Part shown: one piece after another, positions 36,174 through 38,833 of the stretch
Layout: each line of letters opens with the position of its first letter
Position numbering within the stretch: the first letter of the stretch is position 1
DNA from: Myxococcota bacterium
Lineage (GTDB): Bacteria > Myxococcota > UBA4151
Assembly (NCBI GenBank): GCA_036338695.1
Contig: JAYZBQ010000019.1
Span: forward strand, 1-38,833
Direction of reading: 5' to 3'
Length of the DNA stretch: 38,833 nucleotides
Translations under genes and position numbers: made by a program
Notes under the pieces: generated by a model
The model's database searches: none
Seen by the model: only the letters and a program-made list of their open reading frames with translations
Told to the model about the DNA's origin: nothing

Positions 36174-37145
36174 TTACTCGTCGATATGCCAACATTGACC
36201 ACGCTTTCCGTAGACGATGGCACGTCGCAGCCGCGTGCGCGGTGGGATCACCGCGTCGGGCTGAACGAGGACATCCTCTAGGACACAACTGTGGCCTACC
36301 TGCGCTCCGGCGGCAATTTGTGTGCGCCCGATCAGTTCGGTTTTCAGACCGATGTCCGCGCCCGGCTCAACGACCGGCGCCGCAAAATCCCAAAACAGTT
36401 CATGCGCCGCAAACAGCCGCTCCGGTGTGCCGGCGTCTGCCCAGCGCCCGTGGGTTTCATACCCCTGTACCACGGCGCCTTGATGAATCTGAGGGATGTA
36501 GGTCTGACCGACGATGCAGCTGAACTCATCGTCCGGGATCGCCGCAACAAACCCCGGCTCGAGCAGGTGGATCCCCCGAAACAGGTACGCCTCGCCTTTG
36601 GCCTCCGGGCTGACACCGGGCACCAGCGACTCACCGGGCACCGGTGAGGGGCTCAGGCCATGCTCGAGCCTCGTGACGCCGCCGCGCAGGTCACGGACGC
36701 GCCCTGTAGCATCACGCCGCACCACCCCGTAGCCCTCAACATCCGCCGGGTGCACCGCCATCGTAGCTGCCGCCTGCGCGTAGATATGCTCCGCCTTCAT
36801 ATCGCGGACGTCGAGCTCGATCAGGATGTCCGCGTTGGCGACCAACACCGTCTGGGTGAACAGCTCGCTGGCTCCTTTGACCCCGCCACCGGTTCCACGG
36901 ATCGGATCCTCAAACACCCAGTCGATCGCAAAGCGGTCGCCATGCCGATGGGCGACTCGGCGCTGCAGCTCTTCACCGAGGTGGTGCGCATTGATCACCA
37001 CGCGCTCAGCGCCCGCTTGCCGCGCCAGATCAAAGCTCCAGTCGATCAGTCGCCTGCCGGCACAAGCCACGAGCGGTTTCGGCAGTCGCTTGGTGAGCGG
37101 CGCGAGCCGTGAGCCAAACCCAGCCGCTAGGATCATGACATCCAT
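36174..37145 (-). CDS. Sugar-1-phosphate nucleotidyltransferase, MurU-like, with short C-terminal beta-helix tail
   Basis: MILAAGFGSRLAPLT..PKPL, INAHHL, GTGGG, NADI, W.DAGTP; directly downstream of the AmgK-like gene. Confidence 0.82.
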   Translation of the reverse strand: MDVMILAAGFGSRLAPLTKRLPKPLVACAGRRLIDWSFDLARQAGAERVVINAHHLGEELQRRVAHRHGDRFAIDWVFEDPIRGTGGGVKGASELFTQTVLVANADILIELDVRDMKAEHIYAQAAATMAVHPADVEGYGVVRRDATGRVRDLRGGVTRLEHGLSPSPVPGESLVPGVSPEAKGEAYLFRGIHLLEPGFVAAIPDDEFSCIVGQTYIPQIHQGAVVQGYETHGRWADAGTPERLFAAHELFWDFAAPVVEPGADIGLKTELIGRTQIAAGAQVGHSCVLEDVLVQPDAVIPPRTRLRRAIVYGKRGQCWHIDE

Positions 37146-37147
37146 CG

Positions 37148-38158
37148 TTAGGGCTTCCTAAGCTCGGGCACGAGCGGTGCGATCAGCGAGCGAAGGTCAG
37201 CGTACTCGGGCAGGCGATCAAAGGCCTCGTCCACGTACTGTAGGCTCAGCGGGATATGGACCAAAAAGTCAGGGTTTCCGCGGACCTGGTCGATGTAGAC
37301 GAAGCGCCCCGCGTCCTTGAGCTTGCGCTGCAAGGACTGAAGATCAAACCACCGCCGAAAGGTCTGAGCGTCTGGCATCCCGCTGCGCTGCGAGCGATAG
37401 CGCTCGAGCAGCTCACTGAGCAGCGGCTCCGGGACCTCGACATAGGAGTCTCGAAGCAGCGCCACCACGTCATAGATCAGCGGTCCACGCAGCGCGTCTT
37501 GAAAGTCGATCACCACCAGACCGCGCGCCGTGGCCATCACGTTTCGGCTCTGATAATCGCGATGCACGAACCCTTGTGGGATCGCTGCCACCTCTTCGGC
37601 GAGGCGCTGCAAAATCGGATCCAAGGCGTCGAGCTGCTCAGCGCTCAGCGCGCCTTGCCGTGCCTCGATGAGGTATTCTCGAAAATGATCCAACTCCCAG
37701 CGCAGAAACTCGGCGTCAAAGGTCTTGGCGAGCCCCGGAAGATCCGCCGCGGTGGCGTCCCGGGTGCGCTCGTGCAGCTGCGCGAGGAGGTCGATCGCCT
37801 CACCGTAGATTGACGCCTGGGCGCGATGGGCGAGCGCATCCTCAAGGGTCTCGTCACCTAAGTCTTCGAGCATGAGCAGGCGCGCTTGCGGGTCCCAGCA
37901 AAACTCCTCGGGGACAGGGATCCCTTGATCATCGAGCCAGGCGCGCACGCGCCGAAACGGCAAGTCGTCCCCACCTGTATCGCCGCCGATCTCTGCCGGC
38001 TTCTCCTCAAGAGGCGTATGCATGATCACACGACTCGCCGAACTTGAGCGTACGCGATAGTAGGTCCGACCGCTCGCTTGGCTCCCCAAACACGTCACCG
38101 CGACCGCTTCGAAACCCTGCGCCTGACACCAGCGCGAGACGGAACCCTCATCGACCAT
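37148..38158 (-). CDS. amgK: Anomeric MurNAc/GlcNAc kinase AmgK-like (APH family)
   Basis: AS.RTYYR, LEDLGD, HRDYQSRN, IDFQDA..GP..YD..ALLRD, LQRKLKDAGRF; GGAGGG RBS before ATG 38158. Confidence 0.82.
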   Translation of the reverse strand: MVDEGSVSRWCQAQGFEAVAVTCLGSQASGRTYYRVRSSSASRVIMHTPLEEKPAEIGGDTGGDDLPFRRVRAWLDDQGIPVPEEFCWDPQARLLMLEDLGDETLEDALAHRAQASIYGEAIDLLAQLHERTRDATAADLPGLAKTFDAEFLRWELDHFREYLIEARQGALSAEQLDALDPILQRLAEEVAAIPQGFVHRDYQSRNVMATARGLVVIDFQDALRGPLIYDVVALLRDSYVEVPEPLLSELLERYRSQRSGMPDAQTFRRWFDLQSLQRKLKDAGRFVYIDQVRGNPDFLVHIPLSLQYVDEAFDRLPEYADLRSLIAPLVPELRKP

Positions 38159-38281
38159 GGGTCTGCCCTCCATGCCTGGCTTCGTTACCCAAAAGGTCAG
38201 CCTTTGGCCACCACCTGCGTGAGACGGGCGTGGCGCGCAGACGAAAGCGGTGCTAACGAGTAGCCAACGAGGAGGCGCACG

Positions 38282-38527
38282 ATGGCAACCATTCTAGCAG
38301 GTGTGACACTGTTTGCGTTGCTCATGGTGGGTATGAGCATCGGCATCATCCTCTCAGAGCGGACCCTCAAAGGGACCTGCGGCGGAGAGCCGGCGCGGGG
38401 GCCCGACGGACTCCCCATGATCTGCGGCGCGTGCCCCAAAAAGGAGAGCGACGTCTGCCCTACCGACAACCCGCTCGCTGCGGTCGCCATGGTGGGTCAC
38501 CCGTCGCGCACCCTCAAGGAACACTAA
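38282..38527 (+). CDS. NqrM/DUF539-like small membrane protein
   Basis: Single TM with GMSIG, LKGTCGG, CGAC and a distal C; AGGAGG RBS. Confidence 0.7.
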   Translation: MATILAGVTLFALLMVGMSIGIILSERTLKGTCGGEPARGPDGLPMICGACPKKESDVCPTDNPLAAVAMVGHPSRTLKEH

Positions 38528-38538
38528 GCTCCGTCTAG

Positions 38539-38833
38539 CTACCTGTCGTTACGGCAGGCCTGAATCTCGCGTGGGCAGCTCCTTTGAGCACAGCCGAAGT
38601 CCATCCCGCAGTTGTTCTGACCCATGCACTGAAAGATCGCATCGATCAGCGGCATGCTCGCTTGCGCCACGCCGCCAAAACAGTTCTGCATACACTGCGG
38701 GTTCCGGCCGCAGCGCTCTGCACAGCCAAGCGCCTCCGAGCAGCTGCGCTCACCACCGCCTCCGGGACCACCACCTGCGCCCGCATCACCTGGCGGGGGC
38801 GGGGGCGGGGGCGGCATGCCGCCGTCTCCAGGC
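38539..38833 (-). CDS. C-terminal fragment of a Pro/Gly-linker, Cys-rich (CxxxC) extracellular protein, 5'-truncated
   Basis: Frame is open to the window edge (PGDGGMPPPPPPPP..); ten Cys in the last ~65 aa. Confidence 0.65.
   Translation of the reverse strand, partial: PGDGGMPPPPPPPPGDAGAGGGPGGGGERSCSEALGCAERCGRNPQCMQNCFGGVAQASMPLIDAIFQCMGQNNCGMDFGCAQRSCPREIQACRNDR

Overview
High-GC, gene-dense chromosomal segment, most consistent with a Myxococcota-type bacterium (Myxococcus-type Cys-rich repeats, ASPIC/UnbV lipoprotein, propeller-diheme protein, CxxxC-rich protein); the taxonomy is an inference. I found no CRISPR array, integrase, transposase or phage gene. Contents, left to right: the 3' part of a large Cys-repeat/RCC1 surface protein; a START(SRPBCC)+TPR pair next to a strikingly eukaryote-like purB; yhhQ-folB-FolM/PTR1-like SDR-ASPIC; an alkyltransferase-like gene; a beta-propeller/diheme cytochrome c lipoprotein; a minus-strand run of cysteine desulfurase-thiI-menF-menD-menA-menE-polyprenyl synthase-DAHP synthase-menG (no menB/C/H/I); phhB; a DCC1(CxxC)-LMF fusion; xth; tRNA-His/tRNA-Lys; two paralogous uncharacterised lipoproteins bracketing CAP-ald-moaB-DAO-rdgB; tRNA-Pro/tRNA-Arg-queF; a CNNM/HlyC gene; a five-gene amgK-murU-deacetylase-acyltransferase-atypical SDR operon; an nqrM-like gene; and a partial Cys-rich gene. 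The best candidates for new biology are all hypotheses: a YhhQ-linked pterin uptake/salvage operon, a TPR+START periplasmic lipid-shuttle pair, an amino-sugar recycling-to-acylation operon, a DCC1-LMF thiol relay, an unnamed duplicated lipoprotein family, and two switch-like 5' leaders. All family calls come from motif recognition, not database searches.
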